Positions 50,252 to 61,369 are shown, counted from the stretch's first letter. The stretch is 64,000 nt of DNA from Anaerolineaceae bacterium UBA4775 (GCA_002403205.1 DHHJ01000022.1:24105-88104); one strand, 5' to 3'. Made by a program: numbers and translations. The notes: generated by a model not told the origin, from the letters alone.

Positions 50252-51436
50252 ATGGACAAATTTCGAACGGATCGAATGAAAAAGTTCATGCAGGAGGCTG
50301 GGATCGATGTGCTGGTCTGCCGCCTGCCGGAAAACGTTGTTTATCTTTCAGGCTATTGGCCGGTGTTTGGCTCTTCTTGCCTGATCTTCCCCGTGGATGA
50401 TGACCCTGTCCTGATCCTGCCATATTCGGAATTGGATTATGCGGCTGATGGCTGGGTTAAAGACCAGCGCACTTACCAGTTCATCAACATGGCTGAGTTG
50501 GCCAACCCACCCGCCAACATTCTCAGGTTGATGGGCGAGATCTGGAAGGAACGCAGCTATGAAAAATCCGTGGTCGGGTTTGAGGGCAGCTTTGACCTGG
50601 TGGGCGGGAATAATGTCGCTGCAGAAGCGCGTGTGCCTACCTTCAAGGTGTTGAACGATATGTTCGCAGCCTTCCCAAACAACAAATGGGTGGATGCTAC
50701 GCCGCAAATCAAACAATCACGGGTGGTCAAATCGCCAATGGAGATTGAATTGCTCAAGATCACCAACGAGATTGCAGGATTTGGGCTGGAACGAGCACGC
50801 GGCCTGATCAAGCCCGGGGTGCAGGAAGCGGTTGTTGCGGGGATGGTGGAAGGTCATATCTACGGTATGGGTATTGGCTATAAAAACACCAACAGGGCCA
50901 GAGGGTATTGCTTCGTGATGTCCGGTGAGAATTCAAGAAATTCTTGGCGGCCGTTTTGTGTTTCATCTCGCAAACCGATCATGTGGGGTGAACCGGTGCT
51001 GGTCGAACTTGATGCTGTGGCCAACGGGTATTTCATCGATATCACCCGTTCGTTTTTTGTGGGCCAGCCCGATCAGCGGTCAGCCGAGATCATGAAAGTG
51101 GTCCAGGAGGCTGTCAATACGGTCATCGACAAGATCAAGCCTGGCTTGCTGGCACGTGAGGTTGATCGCATGGCCCGGCAAGTGGTCGAAAAGTATGGTT
51201 ATGGTGAATATTTCAACCATCAGCTTGGGCACGGCATTGGACTTCAATTCCATGAAGCGCCGTGGTTACACCCTGCCAGTGATGAAGTCCTCGAACCCGG
51301 CATGGCCGTGGCCATTGAACCGGCCATCTACATCGACGGGTGGGGCGGCTTCAGGATCGAAGATAACCTGGTGATCACCGAGGATGGATGTGAGGTGATT
51401 ACACCTCTTCCGCAGGTATTTGAACCCATTTTGTAA
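50252..51436 (+). CDS. M24-family (Xaa-Pro peptidase fold) hydrolase
   Basis: D..DITR, HQLGHGIG, HEAP, IEP, RIED. Confidence 0.88.
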   Translation: MDKFRTDRMKKFMQEAGIDVLVCRLPENVVYLSGYWPVFGSSCLIFPVDDDPVLILPYSELDYAADGWVKDQRTYQFINMAELANPPANILRLMGEIWKERSYEKSVVGFEGSFDLVGGNNVAAEARVPTFKVLNDMFAAFPNNKWVDATPQIKQSRVVKSPMEIELLKITNEIAGFGLERARGLIKPGVQEAVVAGMVEGHIYGMGIGYKNTNRARGYCFVMSGENSRNSWRPFCVSSRKPIMWGEPVLVELDAVANGYFIDITRSFFVGQPDQRSAEIMKVVQEAVNTVIDKIKPGLLAREVDRMARQVVEKYGYGEYFNHQLGHGIGLQFHEAPWLHPASDEVLEPGMAVAIEPAIYIDGWGGFRIEDNLVITEDGCEVITPLPQVFEPIL

Positions 51437-51511
51437 TTCATAAGGTGTTTGATGATGGAGTTTTGGCGATGACCACTGAATTCAAAACCATCCAAGAAAC
51501 GAACAAGAAAT

Positions 51512-51870
51512 ATGAAGGCTAGAATTTTGTTTGAATTGTTTATGATCCTGACCCTTGTGATGGGCGATTGTGCACCTGCTGCCGTCAGAGGAAAATTGCT
51601 CGATCTGCGCCCCCCGGGTCTCTGAACCGGATGATTACATTGCTAATATCACAGAGCCAATCCTTAAGGCGTAGGGTTACGACGGATTCCCGGATCAGCC
51701 CATGGACACGGGGCCCTATGTCAACCAAACCCTGTTTGCGCATGCCGGAATAGAGATGCCCACCGGTGAAACCACCTGGGAGGAATGGACTGGGCTGACC
51801 ATGCAGGTTGCTGAAGCAGCCTGCACTGCTTATGCGATTGGTATCACCGTGTTGCTGGCCCGGCATGTCG
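51512..51870 (+). pseudogene. Remnant of sugar ABC substrate-binding lipoprotein
   Basis: Signal-like MKARILF...CAPAA; other frames give GPYVNQTLFAHAGIEMP..TWEEW and HRVAGPA; internal stops and shifts. Confidence 0.6.
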
Positions 51871-51964
51871 GGTGAACCCCTGGATGATTCACCTGTGAAC
51901 CATCCAGATCAGTGTTCCGACACGACATGCCGGTGGATTAAATTTAAAACTTCACATACGTGCT

Positions 51965-52333
51965 TTAAACCTTGGGCATATTGCGGCTGGCGATGATGTT
52001 GACGCCAGTGTCAAGAACATTTTCGATTACAATCTGATTGAAGTCAACAGGGGCTTCGATTTCGACCTTCCTGACTTCCGCAAGGACATCTTTGATCATC
52101 GGTTTAGGGATAGGGTGTTCGGTATAGACTGGCACAAGGGGGTGGAAACCGTTCTTTACTTTCACTGACGTTGCCACCATGCGCTTGGGGTCAAATATCT
52201 CTTGTTGAGCATAGTCTAAACCCAATTTACAGGCATTGTCCTCGACTTCAAGGATATTATCTCCATCGAGGGTAACTGTAAGCTCACATCCTACTGGGCA
52301 GCTGATACAAATTAATTTTCTCTTTTCCACCAT
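51965..52333 (-). CDS. DUF1667-like small Cys protein (G3P dehydrogenase partner)
   Basis: CISCPVGC...C; PKRMVATSVK. Confidence 0.82.
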   Translation of the reverse strand: MVEKRKLICISCPVGCELTVTLDGDNILEVEDNACKLGLDYAQQEIFDPKRMVATSVKVKNGFHPLVPVYTEHPIPKPMIKDVLAEVRKVEIEAPVDFNQIVIENVLDTGVNIIASRNMPKV

Positions 52334-52345
52334 TACAAATTTCTC

Positions 52346-53623
52346 CTATCGTGGACTAACGTCAACGGTTAAACTTGACGCTTTTTCGACATCTGCAAAA
52401 TGACGGGGTTTTAACTTTATGGTATTCATCTCGCCCGGGCGGACATAGCGGACAACCCTGCGGACGATTTGATGATTTCCATCGTGCACTTCGATGACTG
52501 AGCGGTCCTCGATCGGTTTGAGGACGCGTAACTGTAACTCAATTTCATCTTGTTCAAGAACATACTTGTTAATTGATTGAGGGACGACATGATGGACATT
52601 CTTGCCTGCATTCACGGGTATATGTGCGGTTTCTTTGGCTCGCAATGCCATGGCAAATTTAGCTGCGCCTTTCCCGGCTTCATAACCGGCGAGGGTGACC
52701 CAGTCCGCCAGGTCATACACGTGGACAACATTTCCAGCCGCAAAAATTCCCGGGACATTGGTTTGCCGGCTTTCATCCACATAAGGACCGCCTGTGATCG
52801 GGTCTAGCTCCACCCCGACCTTTCGAGAAAGTTCATTTTCCGGGATTAACCCGACGGAAAGCAGTAATGTATCACAGGGGATAAGTTCTTCTGTTCCAGG
52901 GATGAAGTTCCAATTCTCATCGACCGCTGCAATTTCGACAGCTTCCACCCGTTTTTTTCCATGGATGAATTTAACTGTATGCTGGAATTGTAAGGGGATA
53001 TCAAAATCTTGAAGGCACTGCACATAGTTTCGGGTCAAACCGGATAGGTAGGGCAAGATTTCCAGCACCCGTTCAACTTTTGCCCCCTCAAAGGTTAATC
53101 GCCGAGCCATGATCATACCAATATCGCCAGACCCAAGGATAACGAATTTATTCCCGGGCATGATGCCTTCTACATTGACAAAACGTTGGGCGGTGCCAGC
53201 CGTAAAAACACCAGCAGGACGCATGCCTGGGATCCTGATCATTGCTCGGGTGCGTTCTCGACATCCCATTGCTAAAACGATCGCACGGGCATTTATTTCA
53301 ACAAATCCATACTTTTTGCTTGAGGCATAGATCTTTCGCCCTGGGGTTACCTCCAAAACAATGGTGTCTAAAAGGGTCTCTACACCCAAGGCGAGACTTT
53401 CATCGATGTAGCGCTGGGCGTAACTCGGACCAGGTAAGTCTTCGTTAAATATCTCTAAACCAAAACCATTATGAATGCACTGAAGCAGTATGCCGCCCAA
53501 TTCCACATCCCGCTCGATCACCAGCACATCTTGAGCACCTTCTTTTTTCGCTTCAACAGCAGCTGCCAAACCACCCGGGCCGCTACCGATTATGACAACA
53601 TCATAGGTATTCTTTAATAACAT
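52346..53623 (-). CDS. NAD(P)/FAD-dependent oxidoreductase
   Basis: GSGPGG, GGILLQCIHNGFG, GSGDIGMIMARR. Confidence 0.9.
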   Translation of the reverse strand: MLLKNTYDVVIIGSGPGGLAAAVEAKKEGAQDVLVIERDVELGGILLQCIHNGFGLEIFNEDLPGPSYAQRYIDESLALGVETLLDTIVLEVTPGRKIYASSKKYGFVEINARAIVLAMGCRERTRAMIRIPGMRPAGVFTAGTAQRFVNVEGIMPGNKFVILGSGDIGMIMARRLTFEGAKVERVLEILPYLSGLTRNYVQCLQDFDIPLQFQHTVKFIHGKKRVEAVEIAAVDENWNFIPGTEELIPCDTLLLSVGLIPENELSRKVGVELDPITGGPYVDESRQTNVPGIFAAGNVVHVYDLADWVTLAGYEAGKGAAKFAMALRAKETAHIPVNAGKNVHHVVPQSINKYVLEQDEIELQLRVLKPIEDRSVIEVHDGNHQIVRRVVRYVRPGEMNTIKLKPRHFADVEKASSLTVDVSPR

Positions 53624-53624
53624 T

Positions 53625-55109
53625 TCAGCCCTCCACATTCTTTGTTGGTCTTAAGAGAAATTCTGAGCCCTTGCCGAGCTTGGTGATCTCGAGGGGTGAA
53701 ACCCCCAGTTCTCTTGCTAATATTTCTACAATACGGGGGGTGTCAAACCCGCCCTGGCAGCGACCTGTTCCTAACCAGGTGCGGCGCTTAATGGCATCAT
53801 ATGTTGTAGCTGGGAGCGGTGCATGAATCTCGGCGATGATTTCACCTTCGGTGACATTTTCACAGCGGCAAATGATGCGACCATATCTGGGGTCCATATC
53901 CACCAGCAATTTTCGGTCCTTTTGCGACATCTCCCTGAAACGTGGGCGAGCTGGTCGGATGGGATCCCAATCCTTCTTGACGCGTAATTCCTCACCGGCA
54001 TCTTTCAAAAGGTCAACGACTTCTTGGGCAATGGCTGGTGAAGAAGCCAGCCCCGGGGATTCAATGCCACCCAGGTTGACGAACCCCTGCACTTCTTTGG
54101 GAATTTCAATGATGTAGTCTGCATTGTAATTCACCCCTGGCGTTTTACAGGGGGCGTTGCCCATCGGACGTAAACCGGCGAATGTCGCAATCACATGTTT
54201 CTTGCTAAGCGAGGGAATAAGCTTCCGGGCGCCTGACCAGATCTCTTCCATACCAGCAAGTGTTGTCGAGGTGTCCGTTTTGTCTTGGATAATATTAGCA
54301 TTGGGGCCGAGGATTGTGTTACCGTGGACTGTGGCTGTTACCAAAATGCCCTTGCCTTTTTCGGAGGGTACCGGGAAGAGCACATTATCAATTTGAACAT
54401 CTGCCTGATCAAAGACGAAATATTCGCCTTTGCGTGGTTTGATGATAAACTCTGGACGGACGCCCGCTTGATGCATAACAAAATCAGAAAAGAGCCCGGC
54501 AGCGTTGATAACCCAGCGGGAGAAAAAGTCACCACGGTTTGTTTTAATGCCTATGATGCGGCTGCCATCCATGATGAATTCTTTAAATTCAGTGTTTAAC
54601 TTAATCTCTGCCCCATTCATGACTGCATTTTCAGCAGCCGCAACAGTGACTGCGAAGGGATCGCAAATGCCGCCGGTGGAGGCCCACAATGCTCCGCTGG
54701 TTTCAGGAGTAATATTCTTCTCTCGCCGTCGAACTTCAGGCCCGCTCAATATCGCACAACCAGGGACCCCATTCTTTTTTGCCTGTGTCATCAAAACGTC
54801 AAGGGCGGGCAATTCGTCTTCACCGACGGCGACGACAAAGTCTCCCCGCCGCTCGAAGGCAAAATTCAACTCACCTGCCAATTGATCCCACATGGCATTG
54901 CCTTTTACATTCATGCGTGCTTTGAGCGTGTTGGGTAAAGGATCATAACCGGCATGGACAATCGCTGTGTTGGCGGCGGTTGTACCCATGCATACATCCG
55001 CTTGCTTTTCAATCAAAAGCGCTTTCCCTTCATAGCGTGATAGTGTGCGCGCGATAATACATCCTACCACGCCGCCCCCAATTATGATGAAATCATACTT
55101 TTCTTGCAC
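53625..55109 (-). CDS. FAD-dependent oxidoreductase with BFD-like [2Fe-2S] tail (GlpA-like glycerol-3-phosphate dehydrogenase)
   Basis: GGGVVG, HAGYD, CRCE...GRCQGGF; divergent from glpF/glpK. Confidence 0.82.
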   Translation of the reverse strand: MQEKYDFIIIGGGVVGCIIARTLSRYEGKALLIEKQADVCMGTTAANTAIVHAGYDPLPNTLKARMNVKGNAMWDQLAGELNFAFERRGDFVVAVGEDELPALDVLMTQAKKNGVPGCAILSGPEVRRREKNITPETSGALWASTGGICDPFAVTVAAAENAVMNGAEIKLNTEFKEFIMDGSRIIGIKTNRGDFFSRWVINAAGLFSDFVMHQAGVRPEFIIKPRKGEYFVFDQADVQIDNVLFPVPSEKGKGILVTATVHGNTILGPNANIIQDKTDTSTTLAGMEEIWSGARKLIPSLSKKHVIATFAGLRPMGNAPCKTPGVNYNADYIIEIPKEVQGFVNLGGIESPGLASSPAIAQEVVDLLKDAGEELRVKKDWDPIRPARPRFREMSQKDRKLLVDMDPRYGRIICRCENVTEGEIIAEIHAPLPATTYDAIKRRTWLGTGRCQGGFDTPRIVEILARELGVSPLEITKLGKGSEFLLRPTKNVEG

Positions 55110-56047
55110 ATTAACCTCCTTGTTTGGTTTACTTCTACTATCCGATCATCTTGGCTTGGATCTGGATTGATGATGGTTCGCTGAATGGTCAACTTCGATT
55201 TCCAAAGAGTTATTGTCATGGAATATTCTCTATTATGCCGGGGTTTGTTTGATCTCAAGGGGTCTGTTAATAATATTCAAAGGTTAAATAAGTATTGATT
55301 TGCAAAGGTCGCCATTTAGCACTGTTGATAGGCATTTGTGAGTTTGATGGATGATAATGGGGGATAAAAAAGAGATCAAGTGTGCATTGCAGCTCCTTGA
55401 TCCCGGTTATGATTAATTTATGGTGTATCTTCTTCATCGGATTAGCGTTTTCATTTAAACTTGACATGATTTAATTTGACAGAGAATACAGCGTGAAGGT
55501 TCCTAGGTGCCAAACCTTTCATGAAATTATACTATCATATTTTTAGGATTTGGATTCAATTGTGGTAATAAACTCGTTTGGCAAAAATCAATCATGACAG
55601 CTGCAAACCTTAAAATTTGTTGATCCTAGAATCACAATTCAACTAAAATAAAGACTTGCTCCTTGCAATTTGCCATGAAATATGATAAAAATACTATCAA
55701 GTTCGTATTGCAAAAAGTGAATAAGCATACATTCTCATTCGAAGGTTTAAAAAATGCCAGTCCTTTGGAACAGAGTATTTAAAAAAATGCACATGTTATG
55801 GTTATCTTCCATCAGATACGCCAAGGCATATTCAGAGTGCAAGCCCATCCCCTATTTATTATGAAATAGGGGCTTTTGTTTAAAATTGTGCATTTTTTGA
55901 TTTTCAATAATTTGGCTTACTGGGTCTGCACTGTTCAGCGGGGGACCGATCAGGAAAGGAGGTGTTTATCGGAGAAAAGGATTGGGAAGTATGGGTCGAC
56001 AATTGTGGTTTGTATCAATCTTTTATCACTAAGGAGAAATAGGAAAA

Positions 56048-56845
56048 ATGAAAGATAGAATATCTAAAGAATTTATCGGCGAAGTCTTTGGGACTTTTGT
56101 GCTAATCCTTTTGGGCGATGGTGTTGTTGCACATGTTGGGTTAGCACCCCGTCTAGCAGCCCCGGCCTATAACTGGAACACAATTGTGTTTGGCTGGTGT
56201 TTTGCAGTTATCGTTGCTGTTTACGTATCCGGTGGTGTGTCCGGTGCGCATATTAACCCAGCAGTGACCTTAGCCCTGGCTTTCAAGCGCGATTTTCCAT
56301 GGAAGAAAGTGTTGCCCTACATTGTTGCTCAAATGATCGGTGCTTTCCTGGGTGCCGCAGCTGTCTTCCTGATCTATCGTGATGGCCTGGTTGCTGCAGG
56401 TATGCCGAATGTTTGGTCGACCGGTCCTGGTTCAGTCTTCACCTCCTCCTTCTGGGGTGGCGAAGGTGCTGCCGCCACAGGTTCGTACAGCATGGTGACT
56501 GCCATTGTTGCCGAGTTCTTTGGCACGATGGTGCTGCTGTGGGGCGTTATGGCTGCTGGCGATTCGAAGAATTTGGGCCTCAAGAACAATCTTGGCCCAA
56601 TGCTGGTTGGCTTTACCGTCTTGGCAGTCGGTCTCTCCTTGGGCGGCCCCTCGGGCTATTCAATTAACCCTGCCCGTGATCTTGGTCCTCGCATCTTCGG
56701 TGCACTCGTGGGCACCAAGGGCCTGTTTGATGGCCTTTACTGGCTGATCCCACCTGTCCTGATCCCTGCCATTGCTGGACCTATTGGCGTTGTATTGTAT
56801 GATCTTTTTATCAGCAAACAACTTCCCGAAGGAGAATCCGAATAA
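56048..56845 (+). CDS. glpF: Glycerol uptake facilitator (MIP family)
   Basis: SGAHINPA and INPARD. Confidence 0.93.
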   Translation: MKDRISKEFIGEVFGTFVLILLGDGVVAHVGLAPRLAAPAYNWNTIVFGWCFAVIVAVYVSGGVSGAHINPAVTLALAFKRDFPWKKVLPYIVAQMIGAFLGAAAVFLIYRDGLVAAGMPNVWSTGPGSVFTSSFWGGEGAAATGSYSMVTAIVAEFFGTMVLLWGVMAAGDSKNLGLKNNLGPMLVGFTVLAVGLSLGGPSGYSINPARDLGPRIFGALVGTKGLFDGLYWLIPPVLIPAIAGPIGVVLYDLFISKQLPEGESE

Positions 56846-56867
56846 ATCAGGGATAAACAGGTAGATA

Positions 56868-57869
56868 ATGAAAAAATTAATTAATAAACCAGAAGAAGTA
56901 GTAAATGAGGAATTGAAAGGCATTGAAGCTGCTCATCCTGACCTGGTAAAGGTCTATTACGATCCTGACTACATCGTACGAGCTGATGCACCTGTAAAAG
57001 GTAAGGTTGGTATCGTTTCGGGCGGCGGCAGCGGTCATGAACCCATGCACGGTGGTTTTGTTGGCATGGGCATGTTGGACGCAGCCTGCCCGGGTGCTGT
57101 TTTCACCAGCCCGACCCCTGACCAGATGCTCGAAGCGACCAAAGCTGTGGATGGCGGTGCAGGTGTTTTACACCTTGTCAAGAACTACACCGGTGATGTC
57201 ATGAACTTCGAAATGGCTGCAGATCTGGCCAAAGCTGATGGGATTGAAGTTGAAGCGGTGGTGATTGATGACGATGTTGCGGTGAAAGACAGCCTGTGGA
57301 CTGCCGGACGGCGGGGCGTTGGCCTAACCGTGCTGATGGAAAAAATCGTCGGCGCGGCTGCAGAAGAAGGCCGATCATTGCAAGAACTCGCAAACCTGGC
57401 ACGCAAGATCAACGGGCAAGGCCGCAGTATGGGTATGGCGCTCACATCCTGTGTGGTTCCCCACGTGGGCAAGCCAACCTTTGACCTGCCCGAAGATGAG
57501 ATGGAGATTGGCATTGGCATTCATGGTGAGCCAGGCCGCACTCGGATGAAGATTAAACCTGCCGATGAGGTAACCGAGATGCTCCTGACGCCTATCGTTG
57601 AAGACCTGCCTTTCGAGTCCGGAGATGAAGTGCTGTTGTTTGTCAACAGCATGGGTGGCACACCCTTGATCGAGCTCTACATTGTATATCGCAAAGCCGT
57701 TGAGCTGCTCGAGGCAAAGGGCATCAAAGTCGTCCGAAATTTGATCGGCCCCTATATCACGAGTTTGGAGATGGCTGGCACTTCCATTACGTTATTGAAG
57801 ATGGATGACGACCTGATCAAGCTCTGGGATGCACCGGTCAAGACAGCTGGCTTGCGCTGGGGTGCCTAA
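56868..57869 (+). CDS. dhaK: Dihydroxyacetone kinase subunit K
   Basis: [23 protein letters not shown]. Confidence 0.96.
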   Translation: MKKLINKPEEVVNEELKGIEAAHPDLVKVYYDPDYIVRADAPVKGKVGIVSGGGSGHEPMHGGFVGMGMLDAACPGAVFTSPTPDQMLEATKAVDGGAGVLHLVKNYTGDVMNFEMAADLAKADGIEVEAVVIDDDVAVKDSLWTAGRRGVGLTVLMEKIVGAAAEEGRSLQELANLARKINGQGRSMGMALTSCVVPHVGKPTFDLPEDEMEIGIGIHGEPGRTRMKIKPADEVTEMLLTPIVEDLPFESGDEVLLFVNSMGGTPLIELYIVYRKAVELLEAKGIKVVRNLIGPYITSLEMAGTSITLLKMDDDLIKLWDAPVKTAGLRWGA

Positions 57870-57886
57870 TTAGACGATTGTTGATT

Positions 57887-57917
57887 TTAGGGTCTGGAGA
57901 AAACCTCCAGACCCTAA
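57887..57917. other. Intercistronic 13-bp stem-loop
   Basis: TTAGGGTCTGGAG-5-CTCCAGACCCTAA, no U-tract. Confidence 0.6.
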
Positions 57918-57932
57918 CCTAGTGAGGTTTAA

Positions 57933-58571
57933 GTGGCTGTTACAAGAGAAGATGTTCTAAAGTGGATTCGCGCCTACGCAGAAGTCCTTGCGGAAAATAT
58001 GGAGTACCTGACGGAACTCGATGCACAAATTGGTGATGCAGACCACGGCGCGAACATGAACAGAGGCTTTCGAACCGTTCTGCAAAAATTACCTGATAAC
58101 GAAGATAAAGACATTGGAACCATTATGAAAGTCGTGGGCATGGCCCTGCTTTCCAAAGTCGGCGGTGCCGGCGGACCTTTGTATTCAACGATATTTATTC
58201 AGGCAGGTAAAACGATTGATGGCGTATTAGAGTTTGAGTTAGAGGACTGGGCGAAAGCGCTTGAGGCGGCTACCACCGGTGTGATCAATTTGGGAAAAGC
58301 CTCTCTGGGGGATAAAACAATGGTTGACGCGTTAATCCCGGCTGTTGAGGCCTTGAAAGAAGCATCTCAACAAGGTCTGTCACTCGGGGAGGGATTGGCA
58401 TTGTCGGCAAAAGCAGCTGAAGATGGCATGATAGCGACAATCCCCCTTGTGGCCCGCAAGGGACGCGCAAGCTATCTGGGCGAACGAAGCGCCGGTCATC
58501 AGGATCCCGGTGCGACTTCAACCTTCATGCTGCTGGATACTGCCGCAAAAGTCTGGGCAAATGATTGTTAA
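57933..58571 (+). CDS. dhaL: Dihydroxyacetone kinase subunit L
   Basis: GDADHG, GDKTMVD, KGRASYLGERS, DPGA. Confidence 0.96.
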   Translation: MAVTREDVLKWIRAYAEVLAENMEYLTELDAQIGDADHGANMNRGFRTVLQKLPDNEDKDIGTIMKVVGMALLSKVGGAGGPLYSTIFIQAGKTIDGVLEFELEDWAKALEAATTGVINLGKASLGDKTMVDALIPAVEALKEASQQGLSLGEGLALSAKAAEDGMIATIPLVARKGRASYLGERSAGHQDPGATSTFMLLDTAAKVWANDC

Positions 58572-58610
58572 ATTAAGATGCAACCTAGTAAAACTCAAAA
58601 GGAGTAAATA

Positions 58611-60110
58611 ATGGCAAAATATGCAGTCGCAATTGATCAAGGTACGACCAGCACCCGCTTTATGATTTTTGATTACAACGGTGCGGCGGTAGGATATGAT
58701 CAAAAGGAGCATGAGCAAATTTATCCTAAACCAGGTTGGGTTGAACATGATCCCCTGGAAATCTGGCAAGCCACACAAGACGTGATCGCTGGTGCCTTAC
58801 AGAAATACAAAATTGACATCAAAGACATCGCAGCCTGCGGTGTGACCAACCAGCGTGAGACCACTGTGGTCTGGGAAAAGGCAACCGGCAAACCGGTTTA
58901 CAATGCCATCGTCTGGCAGGATACCCGCACCGACCAGATCTGCAATGAACTGGCCAATGATGGCGGCCAGGATCGCTTCCGAGAAAAAGTTGGTCTGCCC
59001 CTGGCAACCTACTTCTCCGGCCCCAAAATCAAGTGGATCCTCGAAAATGTTGAGGGTGTCCGTGAGAAAGCTGAAAAGGGCGAAGTCCTGTTTGGCAATA
59101 TTGACACCTGGGTGATCTGGAACCTGACCGGTGGCCCCAAGGGCGGTGTGCATGTTACGGATGTGACCAATGCCTCCCGCACCATGTTGATGAACCTGGA
59201 AACCCTGGATTGGGATCCAGATATGTTAGAGGTGATGGGCATCCCCCGCGCCATGCTGCCAGAAGTCAAAGCTTCATCCGAAGTGTATGGCTACTGCAAG
59301 AATAGCGGCCTGGAGGGCATCCCAATGGCCGGAGACCTGGGTGACCAGCAGGCAGCTTTGTTTGGGCAGACCTGTTACGATCCCGGTGAAGCCAAGAACA
59401 CCTACGGCACGGGCTGTTTCATGCTGCTCAACACTGGCACCACGCCGATCCAATCCAAGAATGGTTTGCTGACCACCCTGGGTTACAAGATCGGTGATCA
59501 ACCGGCCGTGTACGCACTGGAAGGATCCATTGCCATCACCGGCGCTTTGGTGCAATGGCTGCGTGACAACTTACATATGATTGAAAAATCAACCGATATC
59601 GAAATGCTGGCCAAATCTGTTGAGGATAGCGGCGGCATTTACTTCGTGCCAGCCTTCTCCGGTTTGTTTGCACCCTACTGGAAGAGCGATGCCCGTGGCG
59701 TGATTGTCGGCTTGACTCGCTACATCACCGCCGGTCACATTGGCCGCGCAGTTCTTGAAGCCACTGCCTATCAGACTCGCGAGGTCTTGGATGCGATGAA
59801 CCTGGATTCAGGTGTCGATCTCACCGCTCTCAAGGTTGACGGCGGCATGGTCTTCAACGAGCTCTTGATGCAATTCCAATCTGATATTCTTGGTGTTCCC
59901 GTGATTCGACCGACCGTTGCTGAGACGACGGCTTTAGGCGCAGCCTATGCTGCTGGCCTGGCTGTTGGTTTCTGGGAGAAAGTTGATGACCTGCGCGCCA
60001 ACTGGGGTATCGATAAGGAATGGCACCCCAAGATGGATGCTGAAGAGCGTAAGAAACTCTACAAAGGTTGGAAGAAAGCTGTTACCCGCACCTTTGATTG
60101 GGTTGAGTAA
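58611..60110 (+). CDS. glpK: Glycerol kinase
   Basis: DQGTTS, TNQRET, TNASRT, KNTYGTG. Confidence 0.97.
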   Translation: MAKYAVAIDQGTTSTRFMIFDYNGAAVGYDQKEHEQIYPKPGWVEHDPLEIWQATQDVIAGALQKYKIDIKDIAACGVTNQRETTVVWEKATGKPVYNAIVWQDTRTDQICNELANDGGQDRFREKVGLPLATYFSGPKIKWILENVEGVREKAEKGEVLFGNIDTWVIWNLTGGPKGGVHVTDVTNASRTMLMNLETLDWDPDMLEVMGIPRAMLPEVKASSEVYGYCKNSGLEGIPMAGDLGDQQAALFGQTCYDPGEAKNTYGTGCFMLLNTGTTPIQSKNGLLTTLGYKIGDQPAVYALEGSIAITGALVQWLRDNLHMIEKSTDIEMLAKSVEDSGGIYFVPAFSGLFAPYWKSDARGVIVGLTRYITAGHIGRAVLEATAYQTREVLDAMNLDSGVDLTALKVDGGMVFNELLMQFQSDILGVPVIRPTVAETTALGAAYAAGLAVGFWEKVDDLRANWGIDKEWHPKMDAEERKKLYKGWKKAVTRTFDWVE

Positions 60111-60127
60111 AATACTTTTTTTCGTTC

Positions 60128-60157
60128 AAAAGGGGCGACGGCTTGCCGTCGCCCTTT
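60128..60157 (+). terminator. Terminator after glpK
   Basis: GGGCGACGGC/GCCGTCGCCC stem flanked by A and T runs. Confidence 0.7.
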
Positions 60158-60206
60158 GTCTTATGTCAGTTTATGTCCGTTCATAGTCTATATTTTGGAG
60201 ATTGCA

Positions 60207-60461
60207 TTGGGTAAACAGAAAGATGAGAAAAAGCCGGTAACTTTAGAACGAAAACCCTGGATTGAAAGATCCAAAGGAATCAGGATCATCACAATTGTCA
60301 GTTTAGGTTTAGCCCTATGGATTGGTTATCAAATTGTCCGGGTTGAAAATGATTGGGGTAAAGCCATCTTGTGGGGTGTTATCTTTGGTGGAAGTACCTG
60401 GCTGGTTTATCTGGGGATGAACACTTTTCATTCTTTATTTAATCGGGATAAGAAGGATTAA
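60207..60461 (+). CDS. Small 2-TM membrane protein
   Basis: TTG after GGAG; two hydrophobic helices. Confidence 0.55.
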   Translation: MGKQKDEKKPVTLERKPWIERSKGIRIITIVSLGLALWIGYQIVRVENDWGKAILWGVIFGGSTWLVYLGMNTFHSLFNRDKKD

Positions 60462-60616
60462 ACGATCAGTCATCAGCGACCGAATTGCTTGGTGTATGAG
60501 AGGCTCTTGCAAAGCACAGGAAGTGGTCTCATACAGCATCTTCTGTTGTCATTATTGGTATCATTTTCAATTTGTTCATCAATAGGATAAATTCAGGATT
60601 AGTTAAGGTCATTATC

Positions 60617-61369
60617 ATGGTTAATTTGCTGCTTGTGTCGCACAGTAAAAAATTAGTAGAAGGCGTGGCTGAAATGGCGCGCCAAATGATTTCCTCTGAA
60701 AAGGTCAAAATTGCTACAGCAGCGGGTGTAGGGGAGGACAATCAGGAACTGGGCACCAATGCGTTGGAGATTGTGGAGGCTATCGAAGAGATTTATACCG
60801 AAGATGGCATTCTGGTTTTGATGGACTTGGGGAGCGCTATTCTCAGCACGGAGATGGCATTTGAGCTCATCCCGGAGGAGATGAAAGCCAACATCAAGAT
60901 CTGCCCAGCCCCCTTTGTTGAAGGCGCGATATCTGCGGGGGTCCAGTCTGGATTGGGATCAGACTTGGAGACTGTTTACCGCGAAGCTGTGAATTCGCTG
61001 AGCGCCAAGATTGCACAAGTGTCTGATGATGAAGGCGAACCCTACGCGGAGGAGATTTACCCCGCAATCACGCCAAAGCTGGAAGCCGAGGTCAGCGAAG
61101 TAACCCTCACCGTCCCGTGTGAACAGGGTTTGCATGCTCGGCCAGCGGTTTTATTCGTCAAAACGATCAATAATTTTGATGCGACGGTGATGGTCAAAAA
61201 CCTGACTGAGAATAAAGGCCCCGTAGAGGCCAACAGCTTGATTTCGGTGATGTTGATTGCGGCGCGTAAGGGGGATGTGGTGCATATTACCGCTGAGGGG
61301 CCTCAAAAGGATGAGGTCATTGCGGCTTTGGTGGACCTGTTCGATCGCAATTTTGACGAAAAGGGCTGA
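60617..61369 (+). CDS. dhaM: DhaM phosphotransferase: EIIA(Man)-HPr fusion
   Basis: VSHS, MDLGSA, APFVEG; C-terminal GLHARPA. Confidence 0.9.
   Translation: MVNLLLVSHSKKLVEGVAEMARQMISSEKVKIATAAGVGEDNQELGTNALEIVEAIEEIYTEDGILVLMDLGSAILSTEMAFELIPEEMKANIKICPAPFVEGAISAGVQSGLGSDLETVYREAVNSLSAKIAQVSDDEGEPYAEEIYPAITPKLEAEVSEVTLTVPCEQGLHARPAVLFVKTINNFDATVMVKNLTENKGPVEANSLISVMLIAARKGDVVHITAEGPQKDEVIAALVDLFDRNFDEKG

Noticed and set aside
55920-55950. c-di-AMP (ydaO) riboswitch, suggested by CGGGGGACC
   Set aside because: Other conserved segments are absent
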